DNA of 64,000 bases from an uncultured Planctomycetota bacterium (GCA_963845755.1 CAWJTV010000043.1:1-64000), one strand, 5' to 3'. Counted from the first letter of the stretch, positions 23,782 through 34,769 are shown. Notes: generated by a model from the letters alone, not told the origin. Program-made: numbers and translations.

Positions 23782-24837
23782 ATGGACGGTCTGACGATCG
23801 TGACGGGTGGTGCGGGTTTCATCGGCAGTCATTTGGTCGACCAGTTGGTGGAATCGGGCCGGGTGGTTCGCGTGATCGATCGCCCCGGAGCTCTGATTGA
23901 TCACCTACCAAGGGGCGTCAACTTCCTTCCCTGCGACATCCGGGACCGGTGCGGGTTGGCTCGGGCGATGGAGGGAGCACGCTGGGTCTTCCACCTGGCG
24001 GCAAATCCCAACCTCTGGGTCCGTAACCGAGACGAATTCCGGGCGGTCAACTATCAGGGTACGATCAACGTGCTGGACGCCGCCGTCGCGGCGGGGGTCG
24101 AGCGCGTGCTGCATACGAGCACGGAGAGCATCCTGACCAAGGCGGACGCGACCGGCCCGATCGACGAGCATGTCGAGATCACGCTGAAGGACACGGTCGG
24201 CCCCTATTGCCGATCGAAGCTGCTGGCCGAGCAATACGCCTTCTCTCTCGCAGACCGAGGTTTGCCGGTCGTCGTGGCGAATCCCACCATGCCCGTCGGG
24301 CCAGGTGACCGAAATCTCTCACCTCCGACACGACTCATCCGGGATTTCTGTCGAGGCAACCTCCCCGCCGTGATCGATTGCACCCTCAATCTCATCGATG
24401 TTCGAGATGTGGCCCTGGGCCTACGATTGGTCATGGAGCGGGGCAGACCGGGGCGTCGTTACCTGCTTGGCAACGAGAATCTCACCTTGCTGGATCTCAT
24501 GCAGCGGCTGAGTCACCTGACGGGCATGCCTACGCCTCGTTGGCGGGTCCCATACTGGATGGGGCTGGCGTTCGCCGGGCTCAGCGAATTCTGGGCGGAT
24601 CGCGTGTCCGGCCAGACTCCTCAGGCCACATTGACCGGGCTTCGACTGGCGCAAAGGCTCATGCATTTCGATACGGCGTCGAGCCTCGCCGAACTCGGCC
24701 TTCGCCCTAGACCTATCCATGTGTCCCTCGCAGATTCCGTGCACTGGCTTCAAGAAGTGGGGCACCTGACTCCGGGTGGGAAGAGACAGGATCCGTCAAG
24801 TTCGCGGCTCACCAGAGAGAATCGGAAGGTCCTCTGA
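23782..24837 (+). CDS. NAD-dependent epimerase/dehydratase (HpnA/dihydroflavonol-reductase-like)
   Basis: VTGGAGFIGS, YCRSK, VVANPTMPVGPGD..PPT. Confidence 0.88.
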   Translation: MDGLTIVTGGAGFIGSHLVDQLVESGRVVRVIDRPGALIDHLPRGVNFLPCDIRDRCGLARAMEGARWVFHLAANPNLWVRNRDEFRAVNYQGTINVLDAAVAAGVERVLHTSTESILTKADATGPIDEHVEITLKDTVGPYCRSKLLAEQYAFSLADRGLPVVVANPTMPVGPGDRNLSPPTRLIRDFCRGNLPAVIDCTLNLIDVRDVALGLRLVMERGRPGRRYLLGNENLTLLDLMQRLSHLTGMPTPRWRVPYWMGLAFAGLSEFWADRVSGQTPQATLTGLRLAQRLMHFDTASSLAELGLRPRPIHVSLADSVHWLQEVGHLTPGGKRQDPSSSRLTRENRKVL

Positions 24838-25486
24838 CCGATCCTCCTCCCTTTTGGCAATGATGACGAAAGATGCGACTCCATTAGGCATCGCGACTTG
24901 CGAGTGGAATACGATGACTCGGTCCAAGTGCATCCGGACTGAGTTTCCCTACCCGTCGGCGGCCATCGCCAGCTTTCGAGGCGGGCCGCCTGGAGCAGAC
25001 TCGTACCAGAATTCCCAGCCGAGTCGCACTGGAGTCTGGCTTTCTCAGGCGAGAGGCGGTACAAACGCGAGATCAGATCGCACAGAGCAGGAGGCCTCGT
25101 GGGCCGGTAAGAGGAAAGATTCGTGCTTCCAGGTCGTCGTGTCCGGCTCGCTGCTCGCGGATTGATTGATGAGCCCTCGCTGATCCGCGAAATCGAGACC
25201 TTCGAAGAGGAAATGGAATTCCTTTTGAAATTATTGGGAGTGTCGTATCCTTTAGTATGGCCGAGGAGAGGTCCATACAGTCTTCGAGCCACACCCTCTA
25301 TCGGTCCAAACTCGGTGCAGGGACTGCGACTTAGGTTGTTTGGCGTCACCAAGCGAACGTCATTCCGTACGAATTGTGACTTCGCGCTAGCCAGGTGGAA
25401 TCCAGTTGATCTATAATGGCCATTTAGTCTTGGCGGACGATCTAGATCGCGTGAACGCCAAAGGCTTCGATCGGGGATGTCTCCCA

Positions 25487-26074
25487 ATGCCCTCACGACT
25501 GGTGGCCCTCGATGAAGGTCCAGACATCATGCTGGATCGCACCATGGTTGTCGTGGGCCGCCATCCGGCATGCGATACGCGATTGGATTCCTTGCGTGTT
25601 TCACGTCACCATTGCTGCATGACACAGGAGAATGGTGAGGTCGTGGTGAGGGACCTGGGTAGCACAAACGGCATTCGTATCAATGGCCAGCGGGTAGAAA
25701 TCGGCCGATTACGCCCGGGAGATGAACTCTCGATTGCTCATATCCGGTACCGCCTGGAGAATGGCCAGGCTCACGAGAAAACGATCGCTGAGCCGGCAGG
25801 CCTTGCGGCCCTGGCCTCGCGGCCGGACGACCGAGCTGCCGCTTCGATGCCGCCTCAAGCGGGCGGCGAGCCGGCCGAGCCCAAAGGGGATGAGAATGCT
25901 CTTGCCGCCGCGGTCCGAAAGCTGCTACCCATCGGCGTTGCCGATAAGTGTCGAATCCAGGTGATTGTCCAGATGTCCGAGAATGGGGAACCGGCCGAGA
26001 ATGGCCCCCCTGGCGCAATGCCGATTCCTGCTCCGGAGCACCCCGAGGAATGTCATTCCGACTCGTCCCCTTGA
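25487..26074 (+). CDS. FHA domain protein
   Basis: VVGR, VSRHHC, RDLGSTNGIRING. Confidence 0.9.
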   Translation: MPSRLVALDEGPDIMLDRTMVVVGRHPACDTRLDSLRVSRHHCCMTQENGEVVVRDLGSTNGIRINGQRVEIGRLRPGDELSIAHIRYRLENGQAHEKTIAEPAGLAALASRPDDRAAASMPPQAGGEPAEPKGDENALAAAVRKLLPIGVADKCRIQVIVQMSENGEPAENGPPGAMPIPAPEHPEECHSDSSP

Positions 26075-26499
26075 TCAAAGGGACGGCGCCGATCATCACG
26101 ATTCACCGACCCGTCCTCCTGATCGGCCGCCACATCGAATGCGACGTTCGCATCGAGCAGACCAAGATCTCTCGGCGCCACTGCTGCGTCGCGATGGCCT
26201 ACGATCGGGTGCTGGTGCGCGACCTGGGCAGCCGGAACAAGATCCGTGTTAATGGCCAGTTGGTCGAGGAAGCCCGCCTGGAGGCGGGTGATGAGTTGGC
26301 CATCGGTCCGCTGATCTACCGCCTCGAGCAAATCGACGAGCGACGGGATGCGCCCTCGTCTCCGAGCCCGGCCGCCAAACCAACAACTCCACCTCCGCAC
26401 CGCAGCGCCCCGCCACCGCAGGTTGCCGCGGCCGCGAAGCAATCGGACTGGGGAACGGGGGACTCGGACGAGGAGTTGATTCCACTCGATGACCTCTGA
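26050..26499 (+). CDS. FHA domain protein
   Basis: LIGR, ISRRHC, RDLGSRNKIRVNG; overlaps the preceding FHA gene. Confidence 0.88.
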   Translation: MSFRLVPLIKGTAPIITIHRPVLLIGRHIECDVRIEQTKISRRHCCVAMAYDRVLVRDLGSRNKIRVNGQLVEEARLEAGDELAIGPLIYRLEQIDERRDAPSSPSPAAKPTTPPPHRSAPPPQVAAAAKQSDWGTGDSDEELIPLDDL

Positions 26500-26887
26500 T
26501 CTCCCTCCACCCCGGCGCAGAGTCTCTCCGGACGCACCCGCCTGCGAATCGAGCAAACCCCACCTCCTCGCGGACTATTCCCCGTCGAGACGTGTATGAT
26601 AAGATAGCATTAGGTCTCGGCCAGCACCCAAGCCCGCTCGATGACCGCGAATGCGATCAGGTCTTGGGGAAGCAGCGGATCGAAGCGGACCCGGATTTGC
26701 ATCAATCATTTGCCAAATCGCGTCCTGGTCTTCGACAGCGAGTCTCCTCTGCGGGGACCAGACGGGGAGTGAGAGACTCAACAACCGAGACGCGAGACGC
26801 TCGTTCCGACGAGAATCCACACCGATTTCGCAGGCTTGTTATATCGTTGACGGCCGGGGCTTACGCTCAGCCGCCAGGAGGTTCACG

Positions 26888-27988
26888 ATGCTCCGAATGT
26901 GGAAAATGGCTCTGGGATTGACCTTGATCCTGTCAATGACGACCAGGGATGCGCGAGCCCAGTGGGGCTACGGTGGATGGGGCTGGGGGGGATGGGGCAA
27001 CTCGTTCGTGGGAGATGTTGAACGTGGTGCCGGTTACTACGCCATGGGAGCGGGGATCTACAACTACGATACCGCCATGGCGAACAACATCAACGGCCAG
27101 ACGGCCATCATGATGAACAACGCCTGGGCCCAGGCCCAACGTGAAGATAACATCATGCACCAGATGCGCGTGAACGCTCAGGCTAAGAAGGATCTGACGC
27201 TCTACAATAAACATATCCAGTATTTGAGGGAAACCCCCGGCAAACGCGAGATCGAGAATGGCGATGCCCTGAATCAGGCCGTCCAGGATCTCAGCGACCC
27301 AAGGCTCGGCTCCTCGGCGCTTCGTGCAGCCAAGGCCAGTGTGCCCGCGTCCCTGATCGCGGATGTGCCGTTCCAGAACGCCTCGGAGCGTGTGACCTTC
27401 ATGCTCAATCAGTTGAGGGCAGCCGCCAAGTGGCCCAAGGCCTTCGATGAACCGCGATTTGCCTCGGACAAGAAGCTCTTCGAGGATATCGTCACGCGGA
27501 TCAGGAAAGAGGATGAGGACGGCGATGTCTCGCCGAAGACGCTACGTGAGGCCAGGCAGTTGATCAAGAACCTGCGAGACAAGTTGACCGCCGAGCCCCT
27601 CCAGGATGAAGACGACCAGGCGGCGGTCTCGAGGTTCCTCAATGCCTCCACTGCGTTGGTCGGACTGCTGGAGAAGCCCGACGTCCGCGCGGCACTGGCC
27701 CAACTGCGGAACGTCAAGGATACCTCGCTGGGCAATCTGCTGGGCTTCATGCACGCCTTCAACTTGAGATTCGGCGCCGCGACCACCCTAAAAGAGAAGA
27801 ACGCTTACAGTGCGCTCTGGGGGATTATGGACCAGACGCGCGACCAGATCCTGAAAGAAGCCAATCTCGACGGGACAGCCACGGCGCAAGCGAATCCCGC
27901 GAACATCCGGGACATCTATGGTTCGTTCGACGAACGGAAGGCGGCGCGCCCGAGTCCCGAGCCTCCTCCGGCGCAGAATCCGCAGTGA
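26888..27988 (+). CDS. Secreted hypothetical protein (Gly/Trp-rich N-terminus)
   Basis: AGGAGG RBS, signal peptide ending ARA-Q, WGYGGWGWGGWG, helical C-terminal region. Confidence 0.75.
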   Translation: MLRMWKMALGLTLILSMTTRDARAQWGYGGWGWGGWGNSFVGDVERGAGYYAMGAGIYNYDTAMANNINGQTAIMMNNAWAQAQREDNIMHQMRVNAQAKKDLTLYNKHIQYLRETPGKREIENGDALNQAVQDLSDPRLGSSALRAAKASVPASLIADVPFQNASERVTFMLNQLRAAAKWPKAFDEPRFASDKKLFEDIVTRIRKEDEDGDVSPKTLREARQLIKNLRDKLTAEPLQDEDDQAAVSRFLNASTALVGLLEKPDVRAALAQLRNVKDTSLGNLLGFMHAFNLRFGAATTLKEKNAYSALWGIMDQTRDQILKEANLDGTATAQANPANIRDIYGSFDERKAARPSPEPPPAQNPQ

Positions 27989-28117
27989 GTCGATCCTGTC
28001 GTTATGAGCAGTCGATGCTGGAGGTGCCAGCTCGAGTCGAGTGGCACCTCCGGCAATTCGCATCGTGATAGGCCGGAGTTGGTCGGCCGCGATGTCGTGG
28101 ATGACGCACATTCCACC

Positions 28118-28810
28118 TCAGCGACCTCCCAGGTCGAGCACCTGTGGAATGTCCGAGATCGTGTCGATGAGATGAGTGTGGGGGTAGACCTCGAGGTCAC
28201 GGCGATGATGCGTGCCTTGTGTGACCCCGACGATCAGCCCACACCCCGCGTTTCGGCCCTCTTCCAGGTCGGCCGGTGTATCTCCCACCTTGGCGACACG
28301 TCGAGGGTCACCGACCTGCATTCGTCTCATCAATTCGAGGATCATGTCGGGATGGGGGCGACCACGCGGGACCTCGTCGCTACAGATCGTCCCGTCGATG
28401 AGTGGACTTGCCGACCAGCCCAGGCGGTCGAGAATCACACTCGCGATGGCGCGATTAAACCCCGTATTGAGGGCGACCCGGACACCCGCCCGCTGAAGCA
28501 CCTCGAAAACCCGAGTCGCGTCGGGTATCTCCCTCACGGAGGGATCGCTCTCGTAAAACGCGATGGATCGGGCGACGAAGTCGCGATGGATCGCCTCGAT
28601 CCGATCGTCCAGATCGGCGCGTCGGCCCGACCGTTCGATGAGGATCGCGATCGCTTCCGGCTTGGGCAGCCCCATGACCCGGTTCACCTCGGCCGGAGTG
28701 ACCACGAGGCCGGCGGCGGCCAGCGCATCGCGGACACAACGGTTCACGGAATCCTCGTCGTGGACGGTCGTCCCCGCCATGTCAAACACGACCAGTTCAA
28801 TCGTGCCCAT
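28118..28810 (-). CDS. PhnX-like phosphonatase-family HAD hydrolase
   Basis: FDMAGTTV motif I, MGLPK, LNTGF, GRPHPDMI, KVGDTPADLEEG. Confidence 0.85.
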   Translation of the reverse strand: MGTIELVVFDMAGTTVHDEDSVNRCVRDALAAAGLVVTPAEVNRVMGLPKPEAIAILIERSGRRADLDDRIEAIHRDFVARSIAFYESDPSVREIPDATRVFEVLQRAGVRVALNTGFNRAIASVILDRLGWSASPLIDGTICSDEVPRGRPHPDMILELMRRMQVGDPRRVAKVGDTPADLEEGRNAGCGLIVGVTQGTHHRRDLEVYPHTHLIDTISDIPQVLDLGGR

Positions 28811-28853
28811 CGTCGTCAGTACCTCCGCGGTTGACCTCGAATCCACTCCCATT

Positions 28854-29994
28854 TTATCCCAGCACGCCGTTCACCACTTTCTCCGCCAGGCCGAAGGACA
28901 GTGTCATTCCCGCGCCTCCGACTCCGGTTATGACCGAGACTCCGGGAGCCGGCTCCAGGATCACGAACGGTTGTTCGGGATGCTTGATGTAAGTCCCGTG
29001 CCATCGTGTGGCGATTCGAAGCCCCGGCGCGTGGAGGAACGTCGAGAGATAACCCAGGATCCATCCGTCAATTTCGGTCTTGTCGAACGGTCCGATCTGG
29101 TCTCCGTATTCGTGCGAGTCACCGATAGCCAGCTCGCCGCCTGCATTCTGCGAGACCAGGACGTGGATTCCGTACTGATCGAGCCAGGGCGATTCCCTGG
29201 CAACGCGCGCTTTGAGAGCGCCCGAGGGACGGGCAATTTCGGAATGCTGCGTAGTGACGAAGCGTCAGGCCGGCGGCCAGCATCGGACCGATTCGGAATC
29301 CACTCTCGAGGGGCTCGGATCTCATCATCTGGAGTTTGCAACAGACGAGTCCACTGCTCCTGAGCAACCCGGAAAAGAGGACATTGGTCTCATCGCCGCT
29401 GCAGACCCACACCCGTTCGATCGCATACCCTTGATTCGGGACCTCGAGTCGGTGCGGCTCGACCGAAACGACGGGCGTGTCGAACTGGAAGACCACCCCG
29501 TAGTGTTGAGCTAACCACCCGGGCAGGCGGGAGAGGATCTCGCGTGGGTCAACGCAGACTTCTTCCGGGCTCCACAGGCCTTGTTGCAGCCCTTCCTGCC
29601 GAACGGACGGGGCCCTTCCGCGCGTTTCGGCGGGGTCGAGCAGTTCCCCAGGCACATTGTGGTCGAGGCACTCCTCGGCGAACTCCCGGAGCACTTGCGT
29701 CTCATCATCGCGATAAGCGAGGTGCAGCGAGCCGCAGCGATCGTGCCAGCAACCGATTGCCGACAGGACTTCCAGCCAGACTGCCAGGCTCCTTCGCGCA
29801 AGATCGCGTAGTGCTCCGAAGGGCTGACCGATCGGCCAGAGCATCCCGAAGTTCCGCACCGAGGCGCCGGACGCCCGCTCATTTCGCTCGAAGACGATCA
29901 CGCGGCGACCCCGGCGGGCCAGGTGGTAGGCATGGGCCAACCCGAGGATCCCCGCGCCGACGATCGCATCATCGTAGCTCTCTCGTGATTTCAT
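28854..29994 (-). CDS. TIGR03364-like FAD-dependent oxidoreductase; frameshift near 29205
   Basis: IVGAGILGLAHA, GASVRNFG, CKLQMMR, GLTLRHY; second frame GIHVLVSQ..GDSHEY..GGAGMTLSFGLAE. Confidence 0.85.
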
Positions 29995-30013
29995 GGGAGG
30001 AGTGTCTGCTCAC

Positions 30014-30060
30014 TGGGCGAAGAGGGATTCGATCCCTCGAAATTCTGCGTGTAAATCAGG
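30014..30060 (-). repeat. Displaced tRNA-Val 3' half, copy D (outermost att site)
   Basis: 40/47 identity to 51971-52017. Confidence 0.85.
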
Positions 30061-30398
30061 CATACGTCGATGTGTTCTGGTGCCACAAGCCCCTATGATT
30101 GAGCAACTTGTGAAAGCCCGATTCCGGCCTGTCGCTTCCTACCCGATCGAAAGTCTTGAGGTTTCTTTCCGGGTTTATTGCCGTTTCTCTGCCGTAGTGG
30201 AGAGAATCCTTCAACCGGGAGTTTTCTGCGTGCGCCGGACGCTCCCTGCGGGTTGCAGCGGCCATCTTACCAGCGCCTAAGGGCGGCGCGGGTTTGCCTC
30301 CCCGCGCATTTTCAGATTTTCGGACCCTGGCGCACCGCCTAGCGTTGGGCTTGCGCTGGGTCCGGGCTCACACATGAGTGACCGGCGTCGGCTGCTGA

Positions 30399-30517
30399 GA
30401 GTCTGTCCCAGAACGGCGAGCGGGGGGCGTCAGCCCCTTGTCCGGTGAGCGACGGACCTCCAAGACAGGGGGTTGACGCCCCCGCTCGCCCGGACCGGCC
30501 CCTTCTGGGACAGACTC
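30399..30517. mobile_element. 119-bp MITE-like element with internal REP-like hairpin
   Basis: Perfect 15-bp terminal IR GAGTCTGTCCCAGAA / TTCTGGGACAGACTC flanked by TGA direct repeats; inner IR GGCGAGCGGGGGGCGTCAGCCCCTTGTC / GACAGGGGGTTGACGCCCCCGCTCGCC. Confidence 0.75.
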
Positions 30518-30686
30518 TGAGTTGCGGCTGCCGCGGCGAAGGGCAGTGCTGTCGTGCTGTTCCGGGACGAGCCCGAAAGGAAGGTGTCCGGAACTCGATC
30601 AATGCAGTCCCAGACACCTTGCACAAACGGGCGGCCAAGCCCATTGCGACCAGGCAAACCTGGCCGTCATCTTGGTCGCGGAAACC

Positions 30687-32351
30687 TCACGAGTGGACGA
30701 AGATATCGGCAAAACTGGTCGTGGCTTTATTGCCGGTCGGGGTGCTGGCCACGAGAGTCAAGACGTTGCCGTAGCTGTAGATCCCGCCCCCCTCACCCAG
30801 GGTCGTGCCATTCGCCTGGTTGCTGGTCACCGTGCAACTCTGAAGGTTTACCGTACTATCGAGGGCGTAGATCCCCCCACCCAGGGCCGTCGCCCCGTTC
30901 GCCTGGTTGGCGGAGACGGTGCAATTGGACATTGAGAGCACGCTGTGTTCACTGGAGATCCCGCCGCCCAGGGCAGTACCAGATGAGCTGGCTACGTTAC
31001 TGCTGATCACGGAGCCGGTGATCGTCACCTTGCCAGAGGTGGTGGCGATGCCGCCACCCTGGTCCGCAGCCTGGTTCATGATGATCTGACAGGAGGAAAC
31101 GGTAAGAGTCCCCTGGTTGGCAATGCCGCCGCCGTCAACGGCGGAGTTGCCGCTAAGCGTGCAGTCGGTCAGAGTGGCCGAGGCCTGGCCGTAGGAATCC
31201 TTGCCGTTGAACAGGCCGCCGCCCGTGGCGGCGGAATTACCGCTGACCGTGCAGCCGGTCAGTGTGGCTTTGCCCCCGTAGTAACCCTTCATATTGAAAA
31301 CGCCGCCGCCGCTGACGGTGGCGGAGTTTCCGGTGACGGTGCAATCGGACAGCGTGGCCTTGCCCCCGTTGTCATACATGCCGCCGCCCAGGTTGGCGGA
31401 ATTGGCGCTGACGGTACAGTCGTTCATCGTGACCTTGCCTGACCCGTAGGTATAGACCCCACCTCCTTCGAAACCGGAGTTTCCGCTCAGGATGCAGTTG
31501 GTCAGCTTGGCCGTGCCGTACTCGTTGTACATGCCGCCGCCGAAGATCGCGGAGTTGCCACTGATGGTACAGTTGTTCACAATGGCTGTGCCTCCATCGT
31601 TGTTCAGTCCCCCGCCGCTTATGGAAGAATTGTCGTTGACGCTGGTGTTTGTCAGCGTGGCCGTCCCGTTGCGGATAGCCACGCCTCCGCCGAAAACGCC
31701 ATAGTTGCTGGTGACAGTGCATTTGCTCAGAGTGGCCGTGCCGTTCAAGCTGTACAGGCCGCCGCCGGCGTTGTAGGCGTAGTTTCCGCTGACCGTGCAG
31801 TTGGTCAGAGTCAGCGCGCCGCTGAAGTTGTACAGGCCGCCACCTCTATCGGTGCTGGCGGTGTTGCCGCTGACCGTGCAGTTGGTGAGCGTGGCTGTGC
31901 CGCCGAGGTTCTCCAGGCCGCCACCGGTGCCGGCACTGCCGCCGATGATCGTCAATTGCGACATTGTCGCCGTGACACCTCCGTCAACCTGGAACACCCG
32001 GCTTAGACCGCCGCCGCTGACCGTCACGCCCGCCTTCGGGCCGGTGATCGTCTCCGTCCCGGTCGTGTCGCTCAGCTCGAGCTGAGTGCCCGTCAGGGTG
32101 ATCGTCTGCGGCGTCTTGAACACTGTCTTGTCAAAGGCGATCGTCTCGGCTCCCCCAGCCGAATTCGCCTGGCCAACCGCCCAGCGCAGCGTGCCGGTGC
32201 TGCCGTTGTCCAGCGTGCTGGTCACGGTGAACGTCAACAGCAACCGGCGGTCCTCCAGCGCCATCAACGTCGGCCGCATCGACCGCCGACACCGGGCCTC
32301 GACTGTACCCCGCCTGCGCCTCCACTGATTCTTCAAATCGATGTGACTCAT
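30687..32351 (-). CDS. Extracellular right-handed beta-helix (pectin-lyase-like/Pmp-like repeat) protein
   Basis: Planctomycete LEDRRLL motif, GTLRWAV, many GGG(L/M)YN..TLTNCTVSGNSA repeats. Confidence 0.88.
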   Translation of the reverse strand: MSHIDLKNQWRRRRGTVEARCRRSMRPTLMALEDRRLLLTFTVTSTLDNGSTGTLRWAVGQANSAGGAETIAFDKTVFKTPQTITLTGTQLELSDTTGTETITGPKAGVTVSGGGLSRVFQVDGGVTATMSQLTIIGGSAGTGGGLENLGGTATLTNCTVSGNTASTDRGGGLYNFSGALTLTNCTVSGNYAYNAGGGLYSLNGTATLSKCTVTSNYGVFGGGVAIRNGTATLTNTSVNDNSSISGGGLNNDGGTAIVNNCTISGNSAIFGGGMYNEYGTAKLTNCILSGNSGFEGGGVYTYGSGKVTMNDCTVSANSANLGGGMYDNGGKATLSDCTVTGNSATVSGGGVFNMKGYYGGKATLTGCTVSGNSAATGGGLFNGKDSYGQASATLTDCTLSGNSAVDGGGIANQGTLTVSSCQIIMNQAADQGGGIATTSGKVTITGSVISSNVASSSGTALGGGISSEHSVLSMSNCTVSANQANGATALGGGIYALDSTVNLQSCTVTSNQANGTTLGEGGGIYSYGNVLTLVASTPTGNKATTSFADIFVHS

Positions 32352-32386
32352 GGTTCCCTCACTTTCCTTCTGATGAACAATCTCTC

Positions 32387-33610
32387 TCACGCTTTCACGA
32401 ACGCCCCTCGCGGCGCACTACCATTCGCCGCCGACCGCGCCGCGCCGCGGGTCGGGTCGGCCGGTGCCCGCAGCGCCGCCGACACGTCGGCCAGCGCCGC
32501 GTCGGGCACCACGAACGAGTTCTCCAGCAAGGTGTCGTCGTCGTTGATCAGGTCCGGGTATCGCCGGCCCGGAAGCACCGTCACGGCGAAGACCTCTTGC
32601 ACGGCGGTCTCGAACCGCAACAGCGCGACCACCTGCCTGGTTGTCAGGTCGATCGCACAAACGCCGCAGGTCCGCTCGTCTTCGGCCAGCCGCTCGGTGA
32701 TCGGGATGCCGCTGAAGACGGCGCTCTCGCGCACTTGCGAGAGCCCGACGAAGGCGAGGTTCCCGGCGAAGTCGAGCCCACGGGTGAAGCCCGGCACCTC
32801 GGCGATTGGCTCGTACTTGCTAGTGTTTGGGTCGATGAAGCCGAATGTCCCCGCACCCGACTCGCAGACCCAGAGCCGGCCGGCGTGCCAACGCGGCGAG
32901 TGGGGCATCGACAACCCGCGGGTGATCACCTCGCCGGAAGCCACGTCGATCAGGACGCCGCCGTTGGCCTTGTTCGCCCGCCAGCCGACGGGCTCGTCAG
33001 TCTCGCCCAGCGCCGTAACGTAGCGCGGGCGGCCGTCGACCATCGCCAGGCCGTTCAAGTGACAGCGGTCGGTGGGCTCAAGCGCCGTGACGAACGGCGG
33101 CCGCCACCGCGGTGCGAAGCTGGCCGAGCCATCGAGCGTGCAGAGGCAGGAGAACCGCGTGTTGACGACCCAGAGCGCACCGTCGGCGCCCCAGGCCATC
33201 TCATGGATCTGGATGTTGCCCGTAATGTGGCTGGAGCGGGGCAGGAAGCAGCCGTCGTGCCGGCCGGGCGGGTCGAGCTTGGCGGCGACAGCCGGGACGT
33301 CAACGTACTCCCAGACCTGGATCTGGGTGCCGACGGCCAGCCGGTCGCCCGATAAGGCCATGCCCATCGGGGCCTGAAAGGTGCGGAAGTGGGTGTTGAG
33401 GTGGTCCCCCTCCTCGCGGACCAGCACGAGCTTGCCGGCCTGGTAGGTGGTGACCAGGAGCGAGGCACCGAGCCGCCGCAACAGCGCGGGGAAGTCGGTC
33501 GTGTGAACAGCCCGCAAGGGCGTCGGGCGATCCATCTTGGGGCCGTCAGGGTCCAGAGAGGGTCCCGCGGAGGAAGCTGGTGTAGCCATGGTTTTATCAT
33601 CCACATTCAA
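32387..33610 (-). CDS. TIGR03032 family protein (DUF4915)
   Basis: TTYQAGKL, TGNIQIHE, VNTRFSCL, DRCHLNGLA, GLSMPHSPRWH, PGFTRGL, VGLSQVRE. Confidence 0.9.
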   Translation of the reverse strand: MNVDDKTMATPASSAGPSLDPDGPKMDRPTPLRAVHTTDFPALLRRLGASLLVTTYQAGKLVLVREEGDHLNTHFRTFQAPMGMALSGDRLAVGTQIQVWEYVDVPAVAAKLDPPGRHDGCFLPRSSHITGNIQIHEMAWGADGALWVVNTRFSCLCTLDGSASFAPRWRPPFVTALEPTDRCHLNGLAMVDGRPRYVTALGETDEPVGWRANKANGGVLIDVASGEVITRGLSMPHSPRWHAGRLWVCESGAGTFGFIDPNTSKYEPIAEVPGFTRGLDFAGNLAFVGLSQVRESAVFSGIPITERLAEDERTCGVCAIDLTTRQVVALLRFETAVQEVFAVTVLPGRRYPDLINDDDTLLENSFVVPDAALADVSAALRAPADPTRGAARSAANGSAPRGAFVKA

Positions 33611-33904
33611 AGGGCTGACCGCGGCCTCGGAAGTGTCGAAGTCGCGATGGAGTGCTCAGTGGAACCCGAGCTTCGTCACACTGGCGTCTTGCTCGCTCGC
33701 CTTGCCGCTCTTGTTGATCGGAGGCGTTTGCTGTCGGCTCCCATCGAAGGAGAGAGCGGCCCCCCTCCTCGCGGAGCCGCATCTCGGTTGGGGCATAGGA
33801 CGTTCCGGGCGTCTGCCCGGCCCAAAGAGAAAACCACGTGTCAGACCGGTTTTCTCGCGGGACCGGGACACACGCCCAGACCTTCGCGGTCGGGAGGACC
33901 GGGC

Positions 33905-34769
33905 TCAGTGGGCAGGCGTTGCGACGTACCCGTGTGTTACGCCGTCAGAATCATCATATGATCCTACGATTTCACCTGACGCGTTGATGGAAAAGATCCC
34001 CGTATTGATCTCGCCGGGCACGTCGATCGTCATGTAGACGCCCCCGCGCAACACGAAGCCATGCTGATTGCCGTCCGCATCGACGTAGAGTCCGACGATC
34101 TCGCCACATTCGTTGATTCCCTGCGCCACGGTCAGCACAGCATGAGGCACGTCGAGCGTCGTGTAGTGCCCTTTGCTCCGCACGAAGCCGTGGCGGTTGC
34201 CGGCGCTATCCACGTAGTCGCCCACGATCTCTCCCTGGTCGTTGATCCCCAGGCCCACCGTCCCTAGAGGTGCCGTCGCACCAGGCACGTCGAACGTGGT
34301 GAAGACACCCTTGCTCCAGATGAAGCCGTGACGCGTCTGGTTGGCATCGCGATAGACTCCCACGACCTGGCACTGCGCAGTTGAGGAACTCGGCCTGCGT
34401 GTGGATCGAGCCGGGCGGGTCGAGCGTGGTGACGACGCCCTTGCTTCGGAAATAGCCGTGGAACGTGCCGCTGGCATCGATGTAAATTCCTGAGATCTCG
34501 CCGTTGGCGTTGATCCCGTTGACACTCGTATAAGTTGCGCCGGGTACATCGATCTGGTTGAGGATGCCCTTGCTAAACACAAACCCATGCGTGCTGCCGT
34601 CCGCATCATCGAACTCTCCCGCAATCGCGTGCGGGCTGTTGCCGTTGACTGCGGTCCGGGTCGATCCGGGCACGTCGATCGTGGTGAAATGGAACTGCGC
34701 CTTCGCCGACCCCGGGAAACCCAGGAACAGGCCCAGCGCCACGGCCGCGAACAATCTCTGAGTCGTCAT
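33905..34769 (-). CDS. Secreted HAF-like extracellular repeat protein; frameshift near 34380
   Basis: Signal peptide ending AKA-Q; repeats GIN..GEIVG.Y.D..G..HGF. Confidence 0.82.
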
